Positions 13,034 to 25,135 of a DNA stretch of 64,000 bases are shown piece by piece. Origin of the DNA: Octopus sinensis (taxonomy: Eukaryota); contig NC_043004.1 of the NCBI RefSeq assembly GCF_006345805.1, positions 48,422,001 through 48,486,000 on the forward strand, read 5' to 3'. A model generated the notes under the pieces. The model did not search any database and was not told where the DNA came from. It was given only the letters and a program-made list of their open reading frames with translations. Position numbers and translations under genes: made by a program. The number at the start of each line of letters is the position of its first letter. The first letter of the stretch is position 1.

Positions 13034-13859
13034 ATATATCATCAATGTTAATATTGTTCATTTAGGTAGTGAAAAAATAGTAATTTTTTTTTAAAAAACA
13101 CAAGTTTACATTTTTGAGGGGAGATTTAAAGATAGTAAATTTTTTATTATCCATTTTCATTTTTTAAATATAAAAATAGATTTTAACAAGAAACTAGAGA
13201 AATTGATAAAAATAGAAACATAATCTAATTTTTCCTAATCTAATAAAATAAATTTTATACTTAGTTTACAAATTAAAATAATTCTTAATCTCTGTCTAGT
13301 CTTAATCTAAGCTGACACAAGATTAGATAATAAGAGTAATTTAAGCCAGGTCATACATCTTGTCTTAAGACAATACTTAGTTCTACTACATTTCAAATTT
13401 TTTCTTAATCTTGCTCTTTACAGCATTAATGGGTCATAAACGGTCTCAATGGGAACTGTTACAGACTCATGGGCACTTCTTGCCAAGCCAATTTATTTTA
13501 ATACACTACATATTGTACAATAGATCAGCAGATTTCACATTCAGGTCCTGTAGCTAAAATTGTAATCTTAAAAGAAATTCACATGATGCTACTTGCCTCA
13601 GACCACTCAGCTGTAAAGGTAGCAACATGGAGTGCATCTGGCTATAAAACATTCACGGCAGTTGTTTAGGCAAACACCTTGATTTTCCTATTTATGATCC
13701 TGAATTGATTTGTTGATGGGTAAGATGAGATTAGTCACATATCTTACCTGCATAGAAAACCATGATGTCATACATAACACTGTCCTTCTTGTAATCAGAT
13801 GCAGGTGCTAATTATCTAACTATAGAGCTTATAGTCATGTTTGATCTTCAATCCCTGCT

Positions 13860-14487
13860 TAATTGTCTTCAAATATACATTGTGAACAAAAGTTGGTGCA
13901 AATTATTTACTAAATTATACAATTTAATTATTTTTCTGTATATGTTTCAGTAGTGGTAAAAAAATATTTATTCAATTCTTACATATTAACATACCCCTTA
14001 TTCTGAACATCCCACCCCTATTTTTTATCTGTATTTTTCCTTTCTCTTTATTCTGTATACTTTCACATCTGTTCATTTTGTAATCCCCCCCCCTTTTATT
14101 TTGTATACCCTACCATACTCCCTATTCTTCATTTCATTAATATTTTTGAAGACTTCTCAAATATTAAATAGAGAATGAAAAAGAAATATGTTTAAGGGCC
14201 AAAAGCATATGGAATGAAGAATACGGAGTATGGTAGGGTATACAGAATAAAAAGAGGAAAAATTACAAAATGAGCAGGTGTGAAAGTATACAAAATAAAG
14301 AGTAAGGAAAAATACAGATAAAAAATAGGGGTGAGATGTTCAGAATAAGGAGCTATGTTAATATGTAAGAATTGAATAAATATTTTTTTACCACTATTGA
14401 AAAATATACAGAAAAATAATTAAATTGTATAATTTAGTAAATAATTTGCACCAACTTTTGTTCACAATGTATATTTGAAGACAATTA
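13860..14487. repeat. long foldback inverted repeat (~278-bp arms, ~70-bp spacer)
   Basis: 13860-14137 is the near-exact reverse complement of 14209-14487. Confidence 0.9.
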
Positions 14488-14562
14488 TCAAAGAATTTAC
14501 TGGTAGCTTATAATTGAATGAAAAATATAAATTGTAAGTCACTAAATAATTTTATAAAATAG

Positions 14563-14563
<1 letters not shown>

Positions 14564-14603
<40 letters not shown>
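14564..14603. repeat. (TA)n microsatellite
   Basis: Direct reading. Confidence 0.95.
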
Positions 14604-14607
<4 letters not shown>

Positions 14608-16055
14608 AAATTTTCATGCCAGTTCTGTAATCAAGAGGAATTTAATGAAAGACTGCAGATCAAATAGAAAGTTTTCTTCAGTGAAAAATCTCCTTAATTG
14701 CCAAAGCATTCCTCTTCCTCTGCTTTAAAAGTCAGTTTTAAGACTGAACATAATTTGTTGCTAAGATTAATTAGATCGACTTTCCAAATAAATACTACTT
14801 AAGCTGCAAATAAATAGATGGGGTTCATTTATTTTCACAACAAATGCTGTTAGAATAAATGCTAACATGTTTTTGTTTGATTCTGTCTTTTTCAAAGAAT
14901 AAATTAGCCATTTTTGTAAATTGAATTTTCTGAAACTAAAAATGTAGAGAAAATAATCAGAACAAATGAACAATAAATTGTGTTACTTATCAGCTAGACA
15001 GGACATTTAATTCTACATTGCCTTAGTTACTGTTACTTTCTTGTTAAAGACAGTCTCTTGTGATTATTTCCCATTATATAAAACAGGAGTTAATTAAAAA
15101 CCCTCTGGTTCCAAGTGATCTGTTTGGAGATTTTTCCCCTCCCCTCAAGCAGATGAATGTACAATAATAGTTAAGCTTGGCTTTCATGATATTTAATGTG
15201 TGTGCAGGTAACACACCAACATGGAAATTGGCAGTCATTACACCTAAATCACAGCCTATATTTAAATTCAAAGACACCACTTGGTGGTGCTGCTGCTGCT
15301 GCTTGAAATTAAATTAAATTCCTGTTTTATGGTAAACAATTTTTCCACTTCCATTCCATTCCTCAAACTAGCATGGGTGGACAGGCCTGAAATTTGAACA
15401 TCTTCATGAGCATCGTTGAAGCAACTGGTACCATAACTTGATGACTTAACCTAGGTGCTGCGACCTGACTAAAGAACAAATAGAATACTTAAAAAGAAAA
15501 AAAACTAAATCCAGTATCAAATGAATACCCCACAAGATGTAACAGAATTTGCACCCCTAACTTTCTATAGTAAGAATTTGACATTAATCTAACTGAACAA
15601 TATTTTCATTTGGCCTAATATGGCTTAAGGGGGTTAAGCAGAACAATAATCAATATGAAAATGGGAAACCACTGACAAAGAAATTATCCAGTTTTCATTA
15701 ATACTTATTGTCCTAAGGTATGGAACATTTGAGAATAGTTTGACACCATTATATTTTTTTAGTAGATAGAAAATGAACTAATTGACTGACACTATATTTT
15801 AATCTATTAAAGCAAATCACTATTACTAGTATGAAACTGAACTATTTATTCCTTGTCATATGGTCGGACTATTTTTAGTGTCAAAATATCAGTTATGTTA
15901 CTGGCTTATAACAAACACTTGATGTTGAAGTTCTAGCAGGGGCAAGAGCTACTGTTAGATCAAGCTAAATGAATAAGCCTCTACAGAGTTATACAACTTG
16001 CTAGATATGGTAGCCAAATCATCAACAAAGAAAGATACAATACATAATACAATCT

Positions 16056-16187
16056 TAACTAAAAAAGCACTCGGAGAGCGCAGACCTCTGCCAAGCAGCT
16101 TGTTTCCACCTATATACGTGCATACTGAAAATTGCCCAATTTCCCAAACCAACACCAGCAGAAACATAACCTCCTTGGCGGGGTTTT
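16056..16187 (+). mobile_element. miniature non-autonomous Helentron/Helitron2-type element (HINE-like)
   Basis: 5' AACTAAAAAAGCACTCGGAGAGCGCAGACCTCTGCCAAG; subterminal IR CCTCTGCCAAG (16085-95) vs CTTGGCGGGG (16174-83) after AACATAACCTC. Confidence 0.65.
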
Positions 16188-16299
16188 AAAAAAACAACAC
16201 AGCCATATGATTGTTTAAAAAAAACTCCTTTAAAAACAGAAATCATCTGAAGTCGTTATAATATATCAATGACAACAGCAAACTAATTTCACCAAACAA

Positions 16300-16570
16300 C
16301 TAAAAGGAAACAACAATTACCAAAAACTTGAGTGATACACACACAACATCATGGTCGGAAAAGTAACAGTCGGTTACAGTGACTTGTGGACGCCAATCCT
16401 GGTCCACATAAACATGATCTAAGCAGGCTTCCATAGTCAGTGGTTGGTTTTTGGACTAGTTGGTCGAACCAAAACTGGTTCATAGGTGTCAAGATCTCAT
16501 GGTTAGGGGAATCAAGGAGATCCACATTGAAATCACCAAGGACAATGATCAGATGATTCCTTGGCAAAAA
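16300..16570 (-). pseudogene. AP (exo/endo/phosphatase) endonuclease C-terminal relic, Helentron-like
   Basis: IIVLGDFNVDLL...PTTDYGSLL, +1 frameshift at ~16420, then DHVYVDQDWRPQVTVTDCYFSDHDVVCVSL: the GDFN, DH and SDH motifs of APE domains. Confidence 0.8.
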
Positions 16571-16709
16571 TAAAAGAGGTATCTGTCTACTTACAAAACT
16601 AAACCTACCTACCTACTTTACATCCCTCTGTGGTCAGTATAGTATCAATCATCCCTCAAGAGACCATAGATACGAGAGTAAAATTACTAATAGAGAATCA
16701 AAAACAAAA

Positions 16710-16992
16710 CTTTGGAAACAGCAATGCCACCATAGGTTACATGGAAACGATGTGTTTTCAAGGGTGATAATCAAAGATCGTAATATCGTAATACTTCATG
16801 TAAAGTAAAATCCTTCAAGAATCCATAAAAATTCTCAGACCACTACCAAAATTTCATCATCTGTTCCTTGTGTCGCTACAAATTTTTCCTGCAAGTTTCA
16901 TCAAATACTGTTCACAACTTTTTGAGTTATTTTGCACACAGACGGACAAACCAACACCAATGAAAACATAACCTCCTTCCTTGGCAGAGGTA
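16710..16992 (+). mobile_element. non-autonomous Helentron-type element
   Basis: AAGTTTCATCAAAT..ACAGACGGACAAACCAACACC..GAAAACATAACCTCCTT..TTGGCAGAGGTAA 3' end, shared with 16056-16187. Confidence 0.65.
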
Positions 16993-17078
16993 AATATATT
17001 ATTTCTCAATGACAAGATGGGAGAGACTGAACTAGAAACTTTTAATCATAGATCCGCTGCATTAGAACTGACCTGAGA

Positions 17079-17297
17079 TTAACCCTTTCATTACCTTATC
17101 ACAGTCTTCATTTCAATTAATTTTGAAAATAATAAAGGATTTAGGTAAAATAGCTTGGTCATTTTTAAGATGGTGTTAGGAACAGAAATTAAAATGAAGT
17201 TTTGATTGAAGTTTTTAATCTAAATAATTTTAAAACAGGGAGTTTGTATCTTGGAACCAGGTTCAGTCTTGGGCTGGTTGATATTGAAAGGTTTCAA
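17079..17297. mobile_element. piggyBac-type MITE, family P2, decayed
   Basis: TTAA-CCCTTTCATTAC start; body homologous to 9808-10029. Confidence 0.75.
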
Positions 17298-17944
17298 CAC
17301 CACATTACCTCTAGGCTACATCTGTTTGGTCAGAGTGTAAAATCTCTAAATGACCTTTAACATAATTATTTTAGACACTAAAAATAGGCCAGCCTATCTT
17401 TAGTATCCTAATAGCTGCAACAGGGACTGAATATTGAAAAAGATACCCTATGGTTTTTTACATATCAGTACTTATTAGTACAGTCAAATCTTTTGTTATT
17501 TTAAATGAAGACTTTTTTACCAGAGAATTCAAGAATGTGTTACAAGTGAGAGGTGTCAGCTGTTTCAATCAACTGTGTTCTTAATACTATAATTGGTAAA
17601 GATTCTTCTATCCAATAATGTCATCAGCCTAACACAGGCTACAAGTTCTTTCTTTTAGAAACATTGCTTTCTATGACAACTGATTCCTAAATAAACTAAC
17701 AGTATTTATAGTTCTGGCTACACTGGAGCAGCTATTCACAGTTGATATACAAAGAAACAAAATTATTTTATCTAAACTTTTATACAAACAAAAATAAAAA
17801 GAAAGAAAATCTATTTCTATCAAATATTTTTCATCTAATCAATCAGACAGTATAGTGACAAACAAAAATAGAGTTAGATTAAATGCAGAAGAAACATTTC
17901 AATTTACCAATGAGAACCAGTTTTTATTATGTATGTAACTCTTT

Positions 17945-18161
17945 TGTATCTAAACCGGCCATGTCCAGTCCCAACATTCCAAGTTTTAGATTTAAATGGG
18001 CCAGATCTTGCCTCTCACCTCTACCCTTCAATGTCATTTTAAAAAATAAACAATTACATTATCACAATCTGAAAGCTCTGAGATAATGCATGTTTAATTC
18101 AAAGCAATGTGATTGAATAAGTATTACGGTTGACAGAGTAGTCTGAATGCTAGAGGGTTAA
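17945..18161. mobile_element. piggyBac-type MITE, family P1
   Basis: Body homology; ends GAATGCTAGAGGG-TTAA. Confidence 0.8.
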
Positions 18162-18414
18162 TTTACACACATTCTTACAAAAAAACTTTAATTAAAGAAA
18201 AAAGAAAGAACAAAATAAAAGCTAGTTTTGATGGCCTTGAAATTATAAAGTAAAACTTATCCCAATATTAAGGATCAAATTTCGTAATTTAATTCTGTTC
18301 TGTTTTTCAGTCTCTACCAAAATGGAAAATTATAGCATCAACCCCCTGCAGCAAGGTTATGCCTTCAATAGTATGTTTGGTGGCACAAACAGCAAAACAG
18401 AAGTCAAAATATGA

Positions 18415-18455
<41 letters not shown>

Positions 18456-19469
18456 ATTGGCTACAAAGTGGACTCAAGGGCTGAAAGTGTTCTGCATAGG
18501 CATTTACCAAACCAGTTTCATTTGAAAGGGATTACATGTATATATTCCAATAATAATGATATGTCATTATGAAATATCATTATGACCAGTTTCTAAATGT
18601 AATCAATCTCCTTGATTTGAAACCATCTGATAAGTAGCAATAACACAAAACTCTCGGCCCTTGAGTCACTCTGTAATTTATGCTGATTATTGATAAAGAA
18701 AAGAAAATAGTTCTCAGTATCATATATAAGTTTCTTCAGTTTATATCAATTCATTTGAGTTCATAAAAGAAGGGAGGAAAATTACATGATCTGAAGTCCC
18801 TGCCACTCTCCCTCTCCATGTCTTCCTATCCAATCTTCACATCACAGTAATAATTTGATAGTCCTATAATTGTAACACCATAACATTCTGGCATTGCCCT
18901 ACACCATGGCCAGAACTGTTTCTTTACTGTTTAGATCATTTATCCAATTCAGATCAAACAGCAGTTAGTAATTCTAAATACTCCACATACAATGTTTTGA
19001 AAATAATTTTTTCTCTAGTCTGAAGACAACCATGATTTTGATAGAAAAACAAAACTGTTACCTAGTAGTAACTGGATAGCTCAGGAAGATAGAAATATTC
19101 TCACAATCTCAACTCATCTAGTCCTATTTGCAAGATTTTGGATATATATAGCAGATTACTTCAGATCACTATAATGAAATGTGCATCCACTTTTCCATAC
19201 TTACATGGACCAGACAGAATTTACTGAGCAAATACTCTACAACTAGATTCCTTTTCTGCCAAACCTCATGTGCTAGTAAGCAAAGTAATATTTTTCCATG
19301 GCGAGAAGTGTTTCCATGTAATATTGGAAATGACCGCCTTGCCTGTTCTTTTTTTTTTTAAGGACAGTGACACTCATTTACAACTATCATATGAGATTAA
19401 GACAAAGAAACACAAACATATTCTCACACACACACATATATACACATTTTTTTTTTGTAACCAGATTCA

Positions 19470-19592
19470 CTCATGAGTCTGATTTGTTTTGGGTTATACA
19501 AGAAGACATTTGCCCATGATGCCTCAGAGTGGGATTGACTCTGAAACCATGTGACTGGGAAGCAAACGTCTAAACCACAGAGTGATGCCTGT
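19470..19592 (-). mobile_element. SINE family A head, reverse, decayed
   Basis: Reverse complement of ACTCAT..GAGTC..AAGACATTTGCCCA..GTGGGATTGA..AACCATGTG..GGGAAGCAA. Confidence 0.65.
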
Positions 19593-20001
19593 GTGCGTAC
19601 ACACACACACACACAAAAAGAAAACCCTTGAAGTTCTGTCCACTTCTATCTGAAACTTCTTCACGTTATTTAAATCAATTCACCATTATCTAAATTCATT
19701 CCATGGGCATAGATTAAACAGGTTACTAATATCAGATGCCAGTGTCTTTTAATCGCTTTGAAACTTGCCAGAGAAAAGTTTGCATTTTACTTTCTTTGGT
19801 TAAAAACTGATCTTACACTAAAAGATTACAATGCAATTTGAACCCATACCTTCCAAGTCTAATACAATAATCAATGATGCCACTATCTTTAAAATAGCTA
19901 TTCATCACAATGAAAACATATTAAAAAAACAATCCAGAAACATGTAGATCTAACGCGCTTCCATTACAGAGTTATTTCAAATTGTGTTTTCACTGTAAAG
20001 T

Positions 20002-20019
20002 TCATTTCCGTTTTGCCAC
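20002..20019 (-). CDS. candidate terminal coding exon of an unidentified minus-strand gene (VAKRK-stop)
   Basis: Strong acceptor GATTTCTCTTTTCTCAG|GTGGCAAAACGGAAATGA followed by UTR-like unique sequence; in frame with the upstream candidate exons. Confidence 0.5.
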   Translation of the reverse strand: MAKRK

Positions 20020-21305
20020 CTGAGAAAAGAGAAATCTCATTAATGACAGCTAGTTAAATACCTTAATTAAATCTAATACCTGCACAACTGTAAAAATAGT
20101 TGGCAAACAATTATTTAGTGTGTCTTACACAATATTTTTCTTTTATCTTCTGCTTAATGAAGGAATCACAACATTAATTGACTGGGAAACTTGATGTTTA
20201 TTACTTTCCATTGGTCTTGTTTAAAAAAACACCATCATATATTGAATGGGAATAAGACACATTCATTACCATCATCGTTATTTATTAACATCGTTATCAT
20301 TTTTTTATATTTATTCTTATTGTTGCTATTATTATGAAGGTGATAATGATGGTTGTGATTAGATTACTTATAAAAACAGCTTTTCATTTAGCTATTACTG
20401 ATATTACTATCAGCAGCATCACTCTCAGAATGACAATGAGTTAATGAACTATCAGAGTATTTACACAAATTGTTGTAAGAACCCAGTCAAAGCTAAATGG
20501 TCACAGAAGTAAAAAAAATGAATGAAAAATCATAAGCCTTAACTAAATGACGAGCAGGAATAGCTATTTTAAATGGAAGGTGTTAAATGAAGCACTATAG
20601 TATGAGTAAACTCTTGGTAACCAATTGATTATTAATTACCAGATAACAACTATTAGGAATAAAATGCATTGTTTGAGTCATTTGCAAATCAGTAAAGATC
20701 CTTACAACAGATGATCAGAGTTGGATAGTTGAAATGTTATATTCAGATCATTGTTGATTGTGGGGGGCAGAATCAAGTGTGAGTGTGTGAGCCTGAGTGT
20801 GAGTGTTGATTAGCTCCAGATCAGCCCTGATCCAGTTGATACTATGATTGAATGATTTTAGGGAGATTTAGCTACTATTTCTAGCAGTTTGAACAGCCAC
20901 CCATAATGAGGATTGCTAATTGGTGCATGTGAGTGAGATGAATGTATATTTAGTTTACAGTTCAACATAACTGAATCAACAATGATTTGGCAATGAGATT
21001 CAGGTTGCAAGACTACTACAGACCTCATAGTCATGATTTCATGTCCTAGAGCTATTCTATTGTACTTCTGAGCAAGCTGACTACTCAGCTTGAATAAAAA
21101 ACCTTATTCCTTATTTGATAGTGGCTAGTAAGGGTGGGGTGCAGATCAGAGTATTCAGTTTATTTGATCCAACAATAAATACATCATCCTATACAAGAAC
21201 ATATGGAAAATAGATATAAAACAACAAATAAGTGAAACTCCTGATTGAACAGTTCAGCACCAGGTCAGCCTGGGGTGACAAATGCCATCTTATTCCCAAG
21301 CATAG

Positions 21306-22549
21306 TATTAAGTCATCCCATAAATAATGCAGGTTGTTTTTTTTTTTCAATTGCATAAACTAAATTAAGGTAGTAATTTCACCTTGATCTTTTAGTGCAC
21401 GCTTTGAAGAGTGCAGTTCGATTTTAACAGTTATTTTTTCAAAAATATCATGGAAGTGTCAAAGGAGCATATTCGGCATATTTTGCTTTATGAGTTCAAT
21501 AAAGGCAACAACGCAATGGAAAGTGCGATGAATATTAATGTAGTACATGTGGATCCGACAATAAGCCTAAACAAATGTCAATGGTGGTTCCAGAAATTCC
21601 AAGCTGGAAACTACAAACTAGAAGACAAGCCTCGTCCTAAAAGATCTGTAGAGCTCAATGAGGATGTCCTGCAAACTTTCGTGGAACAAAATCCCATTGT
21701 AACTGTTGAGGAACTAACAGAGAAGCTTGGATTTGGTCATTCAACCATTCATTAACACCTGTGTGCCATTGGGAAAGTCAGCAAATTGGGTCAATGGGTT
21801 CCTCATAAAATTTCTGAGTCTAATCACATATAGAGAGTGAACGTGTGCTCTTCTTTGCTGTCACATCTCAGAAATGAATCTTTTTTGGGACTGAATAGTG
21901 ATTGGTGATGACAAATAGGTTCTCTATAAAAGCGTCAAGCGCCAAAGACAGTGGGTAGGGAAAGAAGAAACACTGGCACCCCAGGCTAAAGAAGGTCTTC
22001 ACCCACGTGTTATCTGTTCAGTGGGATATGTATGAATGGTTTAGTCCACTTAGAACTTTTAAACCCAAACCCAACGATAACAAAGGAGATTGACTGTGAG
22101 CAGCTTGAGTAGCTTAGGTCAGTGCTAGAAGAAAAATGACTATCTTTGGTTTCAAGATGAAAGGTGTGCTTCCATCAGGATAATGCTTAGCCACATACAG
22201 TGAGGATGACATTCCAAAGGCTGGACTGGAGCAGATTGAATGGAAATGATGCCCCACCCACAATATTTAGCAGACATTGCCTCACTTGATTATCCACATT
22301 CTTCAAAATCATTTGGACAGAAAAAATACAAATTCTGTAAACGAGGTCAGAACATTACTGGAGGAGTATTTTTCATCACGGTCAAGTGAATTTTAGAAGA
22401 AGGGTGTTTCAAGCCTACCAGACAGATGGAAGAGCATTATAGGAAATGAAGGAAAGTATATGTTAGATTTAAAAAAAAATTTGCTTATCTTAATTATGAA
22501 AAATAAAAGAACTATAAAAATACCGCTTTATTAATGGGATGACTCAATA
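21306..22549 (+). mobile_element. mariner (Tc1/mariner, DD34D) transposon, full-length but pseudogenised
   Basis: TA-flanked ~25-bp TIRs (TTAAGTCATCCCATAAATAATGC / GCTTTATTAATGGGATGACTCAA); transposase from ATG 21450 with HTH, WVPHKI, IVIGDDK, HQDNA and a YSPD-like motif; stops and frameshifts. Confidence 0.95.
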
Positions 22550-23421
22550 TTTTTAAGACTGTATAAGCTATTGTACCCTTTCCTTTTTTTAAGATGACAG
22601 TGCATGATCAAAGTGGAGATTTTGGTTGTTGTTTCTAGCAGGTCAAGCAGTCAAATAAAGGTTTCTGCATTAAATGAAACACATAATTTGTAAATTTCTT
22701 TAAAATATCTATTTATAAGTAATGCTTCCAACCAAGAGGCAATGAAAATGTTCATGGTATCTATGCAAACCAAAATAAAATTAAACCAAGACAAATTAAT
22801 TTCTGAAACGATACTTCAAAAATTGAGTGATATATAAACATAAGCCAGAAATCATATACCCCTCGCTTTCCCAAAGACAGTATACTCTTCTAGAATTTAT
22901 ACCAAAATTGATACAGCAAAACTAATTATAATTTGGTATAAAGGAACATAGCAGTTCTAACAATGTCATTAGTAGTTTCCTATTATTCAATATTACCTGA
23001 TCAAAATAGAGAAAAAAAGAAAACGAAAAGAAAAAAACAACTAACACAGAATGTGCACAGGTAACTTTTCTGAACTGCATGAGAATGAAATAAAGAACTC
23101 AGCACTAAATTTTCAAGATCTTCCCTAAACCAAGTGATGCTGTGATTAGTAGTTAATATTCAGTTTGAACTGTTATAGGTTAGTTTTGGGAGGGAAAATA
23201 TGAACGGTGTAGCGAATTCCTGGTGGATATAGGTGTGAGGAAGAAGGATTGAGGGAAAAAAATCATTAGTACAATACAAATTAGGAGTTGTTTAGGGTTG
23301 GGCGAGGGATGTTGGAGGGATGCTGATATAGACTTTTGTATAAAGCTATTTCTTCTCTTTTTACGAGTTCTTAAATGTAATTTGTTATGTAATCCCCAAG
23401 TCAGTCTTGACCCGTCTAAAA

Positions 23422-23649
23422 TGTGGTTGTGTGGTAAGCAGCTTGTTTCACAACCACATGGTTCTGGGTTCAGTCCCACTGCATAGTATCTTAGGCAAGA
23501 ATCTTCTACTCTAGCCTTTAACCGACCAAAGCCTTGTGAGTGGATTTGGTAGGCGGAAACTGGGGTCGATTCATTTGACTAAAAATTCTTCAGGCAGTGC
23601 CCCAGCATGGCCACAACCTAATGACTGAAACAAGTAAAAGTTAAAAGAC
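23422..23649 (+). mobile_element. SINE family A with internal deletion
   Basis: tRNA-like head (TGGTTGTGTGGTAAG..GGTTCAGTCCC); junction GGCGGAAACT|GGGGTCGATT removes the microsatellite-bearing middle. Confidence 0.85.
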
Positions 23650-23960
23650 AAATGCACCCACTCATATAAGTGACAAACATTATAAGTGAAGAGTATATTT
23701 ACTGGTTTATATAAATTGAACAGCTGGTCACAGAGTACTTAACTTTAAAAAGAAAAACTAGGCTATATGTGGACACACTGATGTCAACGTTAGACTATTC
23801 AGTCTAACATGTAAGGAGTGATATGAGTGTTAGCTGAGACTTTTTTTTTGTGAATAAGTAATAGGATTAAACTGCTATGATACACTCAAAAAAGAGTGGC
23901 AGGTGGGGTTGAGGGATGGTTTCACCAAATTAATGTTTCCTTTATCTCAGGACAATAGCT

Positions 23961-24185
23961 TTAACTCTTTAGCATTTAAACCAGCCATATCCATCCCCAA
24001 ATTTTCTAGCTACTTTGTGCATGATCTGGCCAGATCTAGCTTCTCACACCTACCCAACAGTGTCATTGTAAAAATAAACAATCACATCATTGAAATCTCA
24101 AAGTTACAAAATAATGCATGATTAATTGAAATCAATGTGAGTATATAAGCTTTACATTTGAAAGAGTAATATACCATAAAGTTTA
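23961..24185. mobile_element. piggyBac-type MITE, family P1
   Basis: TTAA-CTCTTTAGCATTTAAACC start and body homology. Confidence 0.8.
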
Positions 24186-25135
24186 ATGCTTAACATGGCA
24201 TAAAGAACTCTTTATTAAAGAACAGCTGATAAAACTCAACATTCTCAGATCGGTTCAAGCTAGGGAACATTAATTAATTATGCCAGGCAGCTAGAAGCAA
24301 CACCACTAGTGGACTTTTATAACATTTTAAACTATATCCACAACTTAAACAGACAATCTACATGAATTTCCTCAGTAAATCTCTGACTGGTTCTATCTAC
24401 TAAGATGTGGTCTTGCAAGGTCACAGCTATCAATCAATATAATCTAATATATTGCTTTTCATTTCCATGGTTCCACGTCTGCACAGTGACAACTATGGAT
24501 TTGTTCTTCTTTTTTACAAGTATAATATCCAGAAAAACAAACTGAAAACACAAACTAATCTCTGTGAAAAATATTAACTACAATACCACAAAACAACCAC
24601 AATTATAGTTAGCTCTCTCTAGTCACAGGCACTATTAATAGTTTAACATTTAGTAATCAACAATGTTAATTTTAGTTGTTGTTTAGCAACAGCTTGATTC
24701 TGATTGAACAGAGACCTATGATTAAAGGTGTTACATGGGTAACCATCCTGTCATCTTTAAGAGTATCTAGGTCAACATTCACCCAACGTGTTGTTTCCTT
24801 ACTGTGAAGATAGCCAAATCTCTTAACTCACACCTGACTACTATTTCTGGTTGTTTGAAAGACTAGCTGGAGTCTCTCCTGTAACTTAGCACTAAAAGTA
24901 ATAGCAATTAACACATATGTATAACTATAATTAACACACACTGTTAATACTACAGTAAGTGAAACAACAAATATGCTTTGTAATGGGCATGCTATCTTAT
25001 GTATGATATCATGAAATTAATGCTTCAATGAACTGGAATTACAAATCTTCATCAAATTTAAATCGTCTTTTCTCATTCTTCCACCACAAACACCTTCACA
25101 AACGAACACTACCCTTTCCTGAAATGCTTTAATAT

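Noticed and set aside
13748-13809. Minus-strand exon candidate (PASDYKKDSVMYDIMVFYA|GTAAG)
   Set aside because: Good donor but no polypyrimidine acceptor, and it cannot be linked to a frame.
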